Positions 19,642-29,411 are shown, counted from the first letter of the stretch. The stretch is DNA of 64,000 nt from Nostoc sp. DedSLP01 (GCA_034530875.2 JAVRCJ020000003.1:96001-160000); one strand, 5' to 3'. Notes: a model not told the origin generated them from the sequence alone. Translations and numbers: made by a program.

Positions 19642-19750
19642 GGAATGGGGAAAGGGAAAGGGGTAAGGGGGAAAGGGAAAGATTAAATTCATTCCTTTTT
19701 CCCTTTTCCCTTTAACCTTTTCCCCTGCCTCCTCTGCTTCCCCTGCTCCC
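19642..19750 (-). repeat. Purine/pyrimidine-tract dispersed element, copy B (inverted)
   Basis: Reverse complement matches 16329-16420. Confidence 0.8.
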
Positions 19751-19818
19751 TCTGCTCCCCTGCCCTCTTCCCCTGCTAGTCTAGAAATAGCCGATACAGA
19801 ATAGAGGGAATCGAGAAT

Positions 19819-20046
19819 ATGCCGCACACAATTGTTACAGAGGTCTGTGAAGGCGTTGCTGACTGCGTAGATGCCTGTCCGGTAGCTTGCATTCATGATG
19901 GCCCTGGCAAAAATGCCAAGGGAACCGATTGGTACTGGATTGACTTTACTACCTGCATTGACTGTGGTATATGTCTCCAAGTTTGTCCAGTTGAAGGGGC
20001 GATTCTTCCAGAAGAAAGACCAGAGTTGCAAAAAACTCCGGAATAG
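19819..20046 (+). CDS. Bacterial-type dicluster ferredoxin (Fed8-like)
   Basis: CEGVADCVDACP and CIDCGICLQVCP. Confidence 0.92.
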   Translation: MPHTIVTEVCEGVADCVDACPVACIHDGPGKNAKGTDWYWIDFTTCIDCGICLQVCPVEGAILPEERPELQKTPE

Positions 20047-20126
20047 TTCATAGTCAGTGGTCAGTTGTCAGTTATTTTTTGCCAATGACCGCTGACATAA
20101 GACTAATGACTAATAACAAATGACAC

Positions 20127-20855
20127 ATGACAAATGATTATTTACTAGAAGTTCAAAACGTCCACGCTGGGTATATCAAAGACGTAGATATCCTACAAGG
20201 TGTGAATTTTCACGCTGCACCAGGGGAATTGGTAGCGGTAATTGGCCCTAACGGTGCTGGTAAATCTACTTTGGCAAAAACAATTTTTGGGCTTTTAACT
20301 CCTCATACCGGCACAATTACCTTCAAAGGTCAAAATATCGTCGGGCTAAAGTCCAATCAAATCGTGCAGCGAGGAATGTGCTACGTACCGCAAATAGTTA
20401 ATGTTTTCCCTTCCCTGAGTATCGAAGAGAATTTAGAAATGGGCGCTTTTGTCCTGAATACTCCTTTGAAACCACTCAAGGATAAAATATTTACCATGTT
20501 CCCCAAACTAAGCGATCGCCGCAATCAACGTGCTGGTACTTTATCTGGAGGAGAACGCCAGATGCTAGCGATGGGCAAAGCTTTGATGTTGGAGCCGAGT
20601 TTGCTGATTTTAGATGAACCTTCTGCGGCTTTATCGCCCATCTTGGTAACACAAGTGTTTGAGCAGATTAAACAAATAAATCAAACTGGTACTGCGCTCG
20701 TATTAGTAGAACAAAATGCCCGCAAAGCTTTAGAAATGGCTCATCGCGGATATGTACTAGAATCTGGACGAGATGCTATCTCCGGCCCGGGTCAAGAATT
20801 ATTGAATGACCCGAAAGTAGGCGAACTGTATCTGGGAGCCGGAAAAAAGCATTAA
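20127..20855 (+). CDS. natE: LivF-type ABC ATPase for neutral amino acids (NatE-like)
   Basis: GPNGAGKST, LSGGERQMLA, LDEPS and VEQNA. Confidence 0.82.
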   Translation: MTNDYLLEVQNVHAGYIKDVDILQGVNFHAAPGELVAVIGPNGAGKSTLAKTIFGLLTPHTGTITFKGQNIVGLKSNQIVQRGMCYVPQIVNVFPSLSIEENLEMGAFVLNTPLKPLKDKIFTMFPKLSDRRNQRAGTLSGGERQMLAMGKALMLEPSLLILDEPSAALSPILVTQVFEQIKQINQTGTALVLVEQNARKALEMAHRGYVLESGRDAISGPGQELLNDPKVGELYLGAGKKH

Positions 20856-20871
20856 ATAGAGAATTCAGAAT

Positions 20872-20894
20872 GGGCTACGCCCCGCTACGCTAAC
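20872..20894. repeat. Small dispersed repeat embedded in AGAATTC repeats
   Basis: GC-rich GGGCTACGCCCCGCTACGCTAAC interrupts an AGAATTC tandem tract. Confidence 0.55.
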
Positions 20895-20939
20895 AGAATT
20901 CAGAACTCAGTTGCAAATTGCTTTAATTTAAAATTTAAA

Positions 20940-21431
20940 ATGGCTAACAGCTTAAAAATAGTTTCTGGAGGCCAAACAGGAGCAGACCGTGCAGCTTTGG
21001 ATTGGGCTATAGCTCGTCAGATTCCTCACGGAGGCTGGTGTCCCAAAGGGCGTAAAGCAGAAGATGGTGTTATTAATTCACGTTATAACTTAACTGAAAC
21101 ACCATCAGATGAATATTCCCAGCGTACTGAATGGAATATACGCGATTCTGATGGCACTGTGATATTTTCTCTTGCTGAAAAAATTTTTGGAGGCACTTTA
21201 TTAACTGCCGAATTAGCTGAAAAATATCAGAAACCGTGTATACATATTTGTCAAGAATTCACTCATGTAAATCCTGTCAGTGAATTAAGATTATTTATCT
21301 CAAACTATAAAATACTAACTCTGAGTGTTGCAGGAACAAGAGCTTCAGATGAACCAGATGTATATCAATTTGTGAAAAATACTTTGGAAGGAGCTTTTTT
21401 TTACAAAACAAATGATTATAATCCTATTTGA
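20940..21431 (+). CDS. Putative molybdenum carrier / SLOG-superfamily protein
   Basis: KIVSGGQTGADRAALD, GGWCPKGR, RTEWNIRDSDGT and VAGTRAS. Confidence 0.82.
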   Translation: MANSLKIVSGGQTGADRAALDWAIARQIPHGGWCPKGRKAEDGVINSRYNLTETPSDEYSQRTEWNIRDSDGTVIFSLAEKIFGGTLLTAELAEKYQKPCIHICQEFTHVNPVSELRLFISNYKILTLSVAGTRASDEPDVYQFVKNTLEGAFFYKTNDYNPI

Positions 21432-21542
21432 TAGTGCAACATCAAGATTAAATAACTCTTAAACCGTGTAACAAGGTAATCTTAGATGCTATTTGCATCT
21501 GATATCTTCCTGATACTAAGAAAAATGTTGTCAGGTAGACTG

Positions 21543-22262
21543 ATGAGCCAAATTAATGGATTTGTAGGGCGACGTGATTTCTTAAAATTTGCAGGTGTAA
21601 TGGGTATTGGGGCTGCTGCTTTTAGTCACCGTTGGGATATACAACAAGCTGCTGCGGCTGATGTTCATCCAGTTAACCCTAATCCAGTCAGTGCTGATGA
21701 AGCTATTAGACGTTTGCTCAATGGTAACCAAAGATTTGTCCTTCAAGAAAGCAAATGTGGCGATCGCTCTCTAGAACGCTTACGATTAGTTGCTAAGGCT
21801 CAGTATCCATTTGCTGCAATACTAGGTTGTGCAGATTCTAGAGTACCTGCGGAAATCGTCTTTGACCAAGGGCTTGGAGATTTATTTGTTGTGCGAGTGG
21901 CTGGCAATGTTGCTAGTGACAGCGCTATAGGAAGTTTAGAATACTCTACAGCTGTATTAGGTTCGCAGCTAATTGTTGTTTTAGGCCATAAAAGATGCGG
22001 CGCAGTCATAGAAGCAATCAAAGACGAACCCCTTCCTGGCAGAATTGGCTTCATTGTTGAAGGTATCAAACCAGCTTTAGCAAACACCAAATTAACAACT
22101 GATAGTACTAGTGATGATGCTGTGAAAGCCAATATTAAGTATCAGGTTCAAAAATTGCAAGAAAACTCAACTCTTCTAGCCAAATTAGCCCGTGAAGGTA
22201 AACTAAAAATTATTGGTGCTTGTTACGATATTGACACTGGTAAGGTCAATATGATTAGTTGA
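21543..22262 (+). CDS. ecaB: Beta-class carbonic anhydrase with Tat signal peptide (EcaB-like)
   Basis: Twin-arginine GRRDFLK; zinc ligands CADSRV and HKRCG. Confidence 0.85.
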   Translation: MSQINGFVGRRDFLKFAGVMGIGAAAFSHRWDIQQAAAADVHPVNPNPVSADEAIRRLLNGNQRFVLQESKCGDRSLERLRLVAKAQYPFAAILGCADSRVPAEIVFDQGLGDLFVVRVAGNVASDSAIGSLEYSTAVLGSQLIVVLGHKRCGAVIEAIKDEPLPGRIGFIVEGIKPALANTKLTTDSTSDDAVKANIKYQVQKLQENSTLLAKLAREGKLKIIGACYDIDTGKVNMIS

Positions 22263-22354
22263 GCATTTTTAACTTTAAATTTAATAAAAATCATATAAAA
22301 AGTAACAAAACTTTCAAATTGAAATTGCTATTAGCCAAAAACTCAAGCCAGCTT

Positions 22355-22409
22355 ATATAGCGGTTCCCAATCAAATGAGATACAGAAATTTGATTGGGAA
22401 CCGCTATAT
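22355..22409. repeat. Perfect 22-bp inverted repeat with 11-nt spacer (collapsed MITE-like)
   Basis: ATATAGCGGTTCCCAATCAAAT-N11-ATTTGATTGGGAACCGCTATAT. Confidence 0.85.
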
Positions 22410-22508
22410 GCAACGCTGATTTAAGAATTATGGCGTGCCTATTGTAACTCTCTCCCTAAAGTATTTAATAGTGAAGCAATGCCAATAATTTACTAGGGGG
22501 AAGGGAAA

Positions 22509-22673
22509 ATGCAAAAGTATATATGTACTGTTTGCGGCCATATTTACGATCCACAAGAAGGCGATGAAGACAGCGGTATAGCGCCAGGAACAGCCTTTGA
22601 AGACATCCCAGATGATTGGGTGTGTCCGGTTTGCGGTGCCGGAAAAGAAGATTTTGAAGCTTATGAAGGCTGA
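22509..22673 (+). CDS. Rubredoxin (54 aa; not in the ORF track)
   Basis: Translated by hand: [54 protein letters not shown]. Two CxxCG knuckles; purine-rich RBS. Confidence 0.95.
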   Translation: MQKYICTVCGHIYDPQEGDEDSGIAPGTAFEDIPDDWVCPVCGAGKEDFEAYEG

Positions 22674-22718
22674 AAATAAAAGTTAGCCTAGAGATTAGAT
22701 GCCTGAAAAGAGATATTT

Positions 22719-23972
22719 TTGAAATTGCTACCGTTAAAAATTGTAGTTATCGGGGGTGGGGCAGCGGGATTTTTTGGCGCGATCGCTTGTGCTAAAGTTA
22801 ATCCTGCTGCACAAGTTACTCTCATTGAAGCTAGTCGCCAACCGCTAGCGAAAGTGCTGATTTCTGGCGGCGGACGCTGTAACGTGACTCATGCTTGCTT
22901 CGATCCTGGCGAATTAGTGCAAAATTACCCTAGAGGCGCAAAAGCTTTGCGTGGTGCTTTTACTAGATTTCAACCTCGAGATACAGTTGCTTGGTTTGCT
23001 AGTCAGGGAGTTCATTTAAAAACTGAAGCCGATGGTCGGATGTTTCCCATTACCAATACTTCAGAAACTATTGTCGAATGTCTGATTAAAGCCGCTGCCA
23101 CATCTGGAGTTAAACTTCGTATCGGTACGCCTGTAACTTCGGTGAAACACATTTCCCAAGACGAGGGGTTTGATATCTTCTTGAAGTCGGGAGAGATAAT
23201 TAAATGCGATCGCTTACTTCTTGCTAGCGGCAGTAGTTTGATAGGTTATAAAATTGCTAGGGAGTTGGGGCATAATATCGAATCACCCGTTCCCTCTTTG
23301 TTTACCTTTAACATTCTCGACCATAAGCTGAGGGACTTAGCGGGAATTAGTGTTGACTCTGTACAATTGCGCTTATCTGTAGGCGGAAAATCCCAATTGC
23401 AGCAAACCGGGCCGTTACTAATTACTCATTGGGGTTTGAGTGGCCCTGCTGTTTTAAAGCTTTCTGCTTGGGGTGCAAGAGTTTTGCACGAAAGTCGCTA
23501 CCAAGCAACATTATCAATTAATTGGCTGCCTCATTTGCAACTAGAACAAGTGCGACAACAAATTTTAGCAGTCAAAAATGAATGGGGAAAGAAAGCGATC
23601 GCATTACATCGCGGTGTTGACCTCCCCCATCGTCTTTGGCAATATATTATTGCCCGTGCAGGGATCGCCATAGAAGACCGTTGGGCAGAAATATCCAATA
23701 AAACCTTAAATTTATTGGTGCAGGAACTCAATCAGGGACAATATTTAATTAGTAACAAAGGAGTTTTCAAAGAAGAATTTGTTACTTGTGGTGGCGTTAA
23801 TCTCAAAGAAGTAGAATTCAAAACAATGGAAAGTAAGTTAGTTCCTGGGCTTTATTTTGCTGGGGAAATTTTAGATATTGATGGTTTAACTGGCGGGTTT
23901 AACTTCCAAAGTGCTTGGACAACTGCATATTTAGCTGGTAATGCAATGGGAACTAATATTATGTCGAGTTAA
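22719..23972 (+). CDS. HI0933/BaiN-family flavoprotein oxidoreductase
   Basis: IGGGAAG, SGGGRCNVT, LITHWGLSGP and GEILDIDGLTGGFNFQ. Confidence 0.9.
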   Translation: MKLLPLKIVVIGGGAAGFFGAIACAKVNPAAQVTLIEASRQPLAKVLISGGGRCNVTHACFDPGELVQNYPRGAKALRGAFTRFQPRDTVAWFASQGVHLKTEADGRMFPITNTSETIVECLIKAAATSGVKLRIGTPVTSVKHISQDEGFDIFLKSGEIIKCDRLLLASGSSLIGYKIARELGHNIESPVPSLFTFNILDHKLRDLAGISVDSVQLRLSVGGKSQLQQTGPLLITHWGLSGPAVLKLSAWGARVLHESRYQATLSINWLPHLQLEQVRQQILAVKNEWGKKAIALHRGVDLPHRLWQYIIARAGIAIEDRWAEISNKTLNLLVQELNQGQYLISNKGVFKEEFVTCGGVNLKEVEFKTMESKLVPGLYFAGEILDIDGLTGGFNFQSAWTTAYLAGNAMGTNIMSS

Positions 23973-24061
23973 AGAGTAATTAATCTTTTTAAACTAGGAT
24001 ATTTATTCAGATTTGAATATTGCACAATAAAAGCATAAAATATCTCGATCCCTAAATACGA

Positions 24062-24090
24062 TAAGGGTTTAGCAATGCTAAACCCATTAC
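24062..24090. repeat. REP-like palindrome
   Basis: TAAGGGTTTAGCA-A-TGCTAAACCC, between convergent genes. Confidence 0.65.
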
Positions 24091-24255
24091 TCCCTACTTT
24101 CAATTTTCAAGCTATATGTTCATGCGATCGCTGAGACAATGAAGGCATGAAAATATTTTTTCCCAGTTTGCCAGTCCTGATGTTCGAGATAGGTATCGCT
24201 AGAATGAAGAGATACTGGCTAAATGGTAAATCAAGGGCAAAATTACTGTAAATTC

Positions 24256-24450
24256 TTATCTGAAACGAGAATTTTGCTTACGACGTTGCTTGTGCCTAGC
24301 AATTGCTTTACGCTTCTCTTTTTCTATCGGCGTCTCGAAGTGACGTTTTTTTCTCATATCTTGGAAAATTCCGGCTTTGGAAACTTCCCGTTTAAATCTC
24401 CGCAAGGCTGATTCAATACCCTCATTCTCTCCTAAAACTACTTGTGTCAT
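24256..24450 (-). CDS. rpsU: 30S ribosomal protein S21
   Basis: [14 protein letters not shown]...HFETP. Confidence 0.95.
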   Translation of the reverse strand: MTQVVLGENEGIESALRRFKREVSKAGIFQDMRKKRHFETPIEKEKRKAIARHKQRRKQNSRFR

Positions 24451-24572
24451 TCTGATTCCTCCTAAACATGGATCGATAATTCAAAACTAGATACAAAATA
24501 AATATTCCAGCAGAGTCGAGCCTTTGGCTTTATCTGCTGGAGACTCTAGATGTGGAATTTTTAGGAATCGAC

Positions 24573-24884
24573 TTAGTAGCGATTGTTGTTACGGCGGGCG
24601 TTATTGCCACCCCAGTTACCACGCGAGGAATTATTTCTTTCTTCACGGGGTTTAGCTTTGTTGACTCTCAGATCGCGTCCCATCCATTCAGCACCATCAA
24701 GCGCGTCAATTGCAGCTTGTTCTTCTGCATCTGTTTCCATTTCCACAAAAGCGAACCCACGCGGCTTGCCTGTCTCTCTATCTGTAGGCAATTGAACTCG
24801 GGATACTTTTCCGTATTCCGCAAAAGCCCGCTTGAGGTCTTCTTCCGTAACCTGATAGGACAGGTTACCAATGTAAATTGACAT
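24573..24884 (-). CDS. rbpA: RRM RNA-binding protein (RbpA-type, upstream of rpsU)
   Basis: RNP2 IYIGNL, RNP1 RGFAFVEM and a short Gly/Arg/Asn tail. Confidence 0.88.
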   Translation of the reverse strand: MSIYIGNLSYQVTEEDLKRAFAEYGKVSRVQLPTDRETGKPRGFAFVEMETDAEEQAAIDALDGAEWMGRDLRVNKAKPREERNNSSRGNWGGNNARRNNNRY

Positions 24885-24889
24885 AAGAG

Positions 24890-24928
24890 TCTCCGAATTT
24901 AGGCATTGTAGAGAGTTAAATTCGGAGA
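24890..24928 (-). promoter_or_regulatory. rbp 5'-UTR stem that sequesters the ribosome-binding site
   Basis: TCTCCGAATTTA pairs perfectly (12 bp) with TAAATTCGGAGA, which contains the GGAG RBS and ends 5 nt before the ATG. Confidence 0.8.
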
Positions 24929-25281
24929 GACGCTTTTAGAAATCAAAACGAGTTACTCAACCGAACATAATCTTTATATGGATAAGTGTAGCACAGCCTT
25001 TGAATATGGACTCATACGGAATTTGATTTCCAAAAAAACTTTAAAGCTAGGCTTGTAGCTCTTGCAACGACACACTTTTTTTGCTTTTATATGACATTTT
25101 CAAATTGAAAAGCAAATCGGTATCAATTAGCGATCGCCCAACCAAGTTAGTCTTTTGGAAATTGAGATGTGTACTGTGTGTTTAGGATTGTTCTTTCCTA
25201 GTGCGCTTGATTATACCATAAATAAATATCTTAGAAAGGAATTTCCAAATTTTTATCTATAATATAATGTCACCAGTATTT

Positions 25282-26142
25282 TTAGCTATCGGCGAACTGG
25301 GCTAAAATCATTTCTGCTTCCCTACACAGCACTTCGTGATATTCACCGTTACTAGCCAGCAAACCTCCCCACTGATTGATATCACCTGTGTTGTATTGCA
25401 AGGGCGTACCATCGAAGTGAGTAAATTGACCGCCAGCTTCAGTTAAAATTAGTTCTGGAGCTGCCATATCCCAGTCTTTGGGAGCAGATTTGCCAGAGAG
25501 AGAAATGTAAATTTCTGCCTGTTGTTCGACAATTGTGGCGATTTTACACCCGACACTGCCAACAGCTTTTTGATTTTGACAGGGTAAATTTTGCAGTAAA
25601 TAATTTAACCTTTGGTTGCGGTGAGAACGACTTACTACTAAGGTTAAATCTTCAACTGGTTTACCTGAGGATACTTTGATAGGAACAGATCCCTCACGAG
25701 TTTCTACAAACGTTCCTCCGCCTTTTATCGCATAGTACAACTTTTCGGCTTCTGGGACTGCCACCACTGCTAAAACTGGGCGTTTTTCCTTAACTAAAGC
25801 AATGTGAATGGCATATTCCCCAGTTTTTTCGATAAAGTCGCGGGTGCCATCCAAAGGATCGATAATCCATACCCAAGGGGTAGACGGCTGTGAAGATGTA
25901 TTTACATCTTGATAGGTTTCTTCGCTGATGTAAATAAAATCTTCACCGCCCAAACTTGCTTGTAGCTTTTCAAGGATGTATTGACTAACGGCTACATCGG
26001 CAACGGTAACAGGCTCATTTTGTTTGTATTCTACTGCCAAATTAGGATCTTTAGCTGTGCCGTGATAATAAGAGCGCAGTATATCTGCTGCTTCCCAACT
26101 TATCTGACGAGCGATCGCTAATATCTCTTCTAAGTCTTTCAT
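25282..26142 (-). CDS. cysQ: 3'(2'),5'-bisphosphate nucleotidase
   Basis: PVTVAD, ISEE, WIIDPLDGTRDF, VSRSH and WDMAA; start set at MKDLEE. Confidence 0.85.
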   Translation of the reverse strand: MKDLEEILAIARQISWEAADILRSYYHGTAKDPNLAVEYKQNEPVTVADVAVSQYILEKLQASLGGEDFIYISEETYQDVNTSSQPSTPWVWIIDPLDGTRDFIEKTGEYAIHIALVKEKRPVLAVVAVPEAEKLYYAIKGGGTFVETREGSVPIKVSSGKPVEDLTLVVSRSHRNQRLNYLLQNLPCQNQKAVGSVGCKIATIVEQQAEIYISLSGKSAPKDWDMAAPELILTEAGGQFTHFDGTPLQYNTGDINQWGGLLASNGEYHEVLCREAEMILAQFADS

Positions 26143-26182
26143 TAATTTAGCCCGAATCTTAACTAAAAAAATATAACTGTCT

Positions 26183-27040
26183 TTACCTAAAATCCATCCA
26201 GCGCCGAGTACCAAAAAATTGACAAGAATTAGCAGCGATATTTGCTGCTAGTGTCAGAGCATCGGTAAAACTTTCTCTTAAAATGTAATGACAGAAGCCA
26301 CCGTGAAAAATATCTCCAGCTCCTAAGGTATCAACGGCTTGAATCTGGGGCACATCTACAATACCAGTTTTAGTGCAACTCAAGTATTCAATTGGTTTTT
26401 CTCCGTGGGTAATGGCGATATGGGGAATGTCAAATTTGCTCAAATAAGCAAAAACCCCTTCTTGAGTTTTACAGTTGGGGGGATAAAAATTAGCCGAACA
26501 GATGGCGTAATCTACAAATGGTAGAATTTGCTCGAATCCAGGTTTCCAGCTACCACCATCGATGACTATTGGGATATTTTGGGCTTTGGCCATTTGCGCT
26601 ATAGAATAACCAACAGCCATCTGATGTCCGTCAATTAATACTATGGCAACATTTTTTAAAATATCTGCTGGGATAGCTGCGCTGTTGGCTTGAGTTTTTA
26701 CAGCATTGATAGAAACTACAGCGCGTTGCCCCGTAGCTTGGGTGACAATAATCGAAGAGACTGGCGGTGCTAAATCGGTGGTAGGCTCAAGATCTGCGAT
26801 CGCTACTTGATAATTTGCCAAATCGCCTCGAATTAGCTGCGTCATTGGATGAGAACCTACCACACCCAAGACTGTAGCTTGATTACCTAAATAGGTAAAA
26901 GTTACAGCTGCATTTGTAGCCGGGCCGCCCGCCGCCACACTATAGTCAATAGCAACAATCTTTTGATTATTCTGAGGCGCAGAGTCAGCAAGGTAAATTA
27001 AATCTAAGGTTACTAAACCTACAAATAAACCATTAGCCAT
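26183..27040 (-). CDS. PfkB family carbohydrate kinase
   Basis: GGPATNAAV and DTLGAGDIFHG. Confidence 0.88.
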   Translation of the reverse strand: MANGLFVGLVTLDLIYLADSAPQNNQKIVAIDYSVAAGGPATNAAVTFTYLGNQATVLGVVGSHPMTQLIRGDLANYQVAIADLEPTTDLAPPVSSIIVTQATGQRAVVSINAVKTQANSAAIPADILKNVAIVLIDGHQMAVGYSIAQMAKAQNIPIVIDGGSWKPGFEQILPFVDYAICSANFYPPNCKTQEGVFAYLSKFDIPHIAITHGEKPIEYLSCTKTGIVDVPQIQAVDTLGAGDIFHGGFCHYILRESFTDALTLAANIAANSCQFFGTRRWMDFR

Positions 27041-27109
27041 TAGTTATTAGTCATTAGTCGTTTGTGTTGGTAGTAGTATATGAATTATTTGTTTTAACTT
27101 CTCACTTTT

Positions 27110-27134
27110 GTACAGACGCGATTCATCGCGTCTC
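27110..27134. repeat. REP-like palindrome
   Basis: GTAC-AGACGCGAT-TC-ATCGCGTCT. Confidence 0.65.
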
Positions 27135-27155
27135 CTAATTCCTAACTTTTTCCTT

Positions 27156-28022
27156 ATGCAAACCGACCCCAAACCAAGAACACTTTACGTCGTTGGTACT
27201 CCAATTGGCAATTTGGAAGATATGACATTTCGGGCTGTGCGAATTTTGCAAACTGTAGATACTATCGCTGCCGAAGACACGCGCCATACAGGAAAATTGC
27301 TTCAGCATTTTCAAATTAAGACACCCCAAATAAGTTACCACGAACACAATCGTACCAGTCGCATTCCAGAGTTATTAGAATATTTAGCTAATGATAAAGC
27401 GATCGCTTTGGTTAGCGATGCTGGAATGCCGGGAATTTCCGATCCTGGATATGAATTGATTAAAGCCTGTATTGAAGCTGGAATTTCTGTAGTTCCTATT
27501 CCTGGTGCGAGTGCAGCAATTACGGCTTTGAGTGCAGCTGGACTACCAACGGATAAATTTGTCTTTGAAGGTTTTCTACCAGCAAAAACTCAACAGCGAC
27601 GAGAGCATTTAGAATCTTTGGAGACAGAATCTCGCACCATAATTTTCTACGAATCGCCACACCGTTTGCAAGATACTTTACAAGACTTAGCAGAAATTTT
27701 GGGAAGCGATCGCCAAATCGTACTAGGGCGGGAGTTAACTAAATTGTATGAGGAATTTTGGCGGGGAACAATTGCCGAGGCGATCGCACACTATAGCCAA
27801 AGAGAACCCCAAGGCGAATATACGCTAGTTTTGGCGGGACTTCTAGCCAGTCAGCCGCAATTGACACAAGAGGAATTGAAAGCCGAATTGAAACAATTAA
27901 TTAGTCAAGGAATATCGCGATCGCAAGCTAGCCGTCAACTAGCAAAAGTTACTTCTATGCCTCGTCGCCAACTCTATCAGCTAGCTCTTTCTTTAGCGAT
28001 CGAATCTGATTCTAATATTTAA
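27156..28022 (+). CDS. rsmI: 16S rRNA (cytidine1402-2'-O)-methyltransferase
   Basis: TPIGNLED, AEDTR, SDAGMPGISDPG, YESPHR and RELTK. Confidence 0.95.
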   Translation: MQTDPKPRTLYVVGTPIGNLEDMTFRAVRILQTVDTIAAEDTRHTGKLLQHFQIKTPQISYHEHNRTSRIPELLEYLANDKAIALVSDAGMPGISDPGYELIKACIEAGISVVPIPGASAAITALSAAGLPTDKFVFEGFLPAKTQQRREHLESLETESRTIIFYESPHRLQDTLQDLAEILGSDRQIVLGRELTKLYEEFWRGTIAEAIAHYSQREPQGEYTLVLAGLLASQPQLTQEELKAELKQLISQGISRSQASRQLAKVTSMPRRQLYQLALSLAIESDSNI

Positions 28023-28103
28023 AGGTATAAAAAAATTAATATTATGTATGCCAAATAGTACGATTATAAATAAAGTATTCGCCTGATAATTCCCAGATTT
28101 TAG

Positions 28104-29411
28104 ATGGAAAGCTTAGTTCGTTTTTCCTTTTGGAAGCAAATTCTTATTGCTCTCCTATTTTATGTTGTTTGCAGTAGCATAGGTCTTTTCATTTCATCAG
28201 ACGGAATTGCCAAATTAGCAGTACAAGAGGGAAAAGAATTTCAGTACTGGGATGCAATTCATTATGTCAATTTGGGTTTCCATCCTCGTTGTCAAGCTTT
28301 TTATCCACTTTGGTCTCAAATCAATCGCTTGTTTTCCCCAGAAAATCCCTTCATTGGTCTGCGGTATGCTTTTGTTATCTGTAACGTTCTTTTTGTCTTA
28401 TCACTACCTATCGTCTTATATGTCTTGAAAAAAGTAATTAAATCAGAAACTATAAGCTTTATCATTCTGATACTTTACGTTATTAATCCAAATTCTATTT
28501 TCCATAGTATTGGTTATACTGAAAGTTTATTTTCACTCTGTGCAATTCTTAGCGTAGTCGCTCTTTTGTTTTCACATTCTCTCTTTTGGAATTGTATCTT
28601 AGCAGTATCTGTCATACTCATGTCTGTGTCTAGACCGAGTTTAGTGCAACTTCTCTTTGCTTCATTTAGTGCATTATTTTGCGTATTTTTAGGAAGCCAT
28701 TTACAGTCTAATACCAATTCTCAAATTAGGGAATGGAAAAAATATACTATTCCCACTGGATTAATTGCTATATGTTCTATTGTCGGTTATTTAATTTACG
28801 GCGTCTATTGTTTATTATCAACAGGAAACTTTTTAACTCCCTTTAAAGCTCAAGTCGAGTGGGGAAGAACTCTTCAGTTAAGACCATTATTTCTATTGTT
28901 TCCTAGATCCTTACTAAACGATCTACATGGTCTCTACTTTCCATTTATTATATTATTACTAGTGCTTATTCTCATTTACTTTCATACCAAACGTAAGAAG
29001 ATTTTACTCTATATACCTAAACATCCTCTACTATGGATAACCCTTTTTTATCCTCCTATCGCAATTTTGATTTATTCCATCCGTTCTTGGCAGTTAGGTA
29101 AAGCTGGTAAGCTAACCTCTCAATCTGTAAATCCAACCATTGCCCAACTACAAACAAATTATGTGTTCTTTTTTTGCTTATTCATTTGTATAGCCAATGC
29201 AACTATTGGATTTTTAGCGGCTTCTGGTTATCTCTATAGCCTTGCAAGATTTGTGTTCGCAACTCCCTTCTTTTTTATTGCTTTTGGTATGTTAATAGAC
29301 CATCTTGATAGCCCAAAGACACGACAGTTCCTTTACGGGTGTATTCTGGTTTCTGGTTTAGGATTAATCGAACAGTGGTATCGTTGGGGCAATAACCGTT
29401 GGGTAGGATAA
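28104..29411 (+). CDS. Polytopic membrane protein, GT-C-like (PIG-V/mannosyltransferase-like)
   Basis: WDAIHY, AFYPL, NP.SIF...YTESLF and QVEWGR; many transmembrane segments. Confidence 0.68.
   Translation: MESLVRFSFWKQILIALLFYVVCSSIGLFISSDGIAKLAVQEGKEFQYWDAIHYVNLGFHPRCQAFYPLWSQINRLFSPENPFIGLRYAFVICNVLFVLSLPIVLYVLKKVIKSETISFIILILYVINPNSIFHSIGYTESLFSLCAILSVVALLFSHSLFWNCILAVSVILMSVSRPSLVQLLFASFSALFCVFLGSHLQSNTNSQIREWKKYTIPTGLIAICSIVGYLIYGVYCLLSTGNFLTPFKAQVEWGRTLQLRPLFLLFPRSLLNDLHGLYFPFIILLLVLILIYFHTKRKKILLYIPKHPLLWITLFYPPIAILIYSIRSWQLGKAGKLTSQSVNPTIAQLQTNYVFFFCLFICIANATIGFLAASGYLYSLARFVFATPFFFIAFGMLIDHLDSPKTRQFLYGCILVSGLGLIEQWYRWGNNRWVG

Noticed and set aside
19573..20031. 152-aa minus-strand ORF
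   Set aside because: Antisense to the ferredoxin and continues through repeat DNA.
24552..24881. Plus-strand ORFs over the rbp gene
   Set aside because: Antisense shadows of a clear RRM gene.
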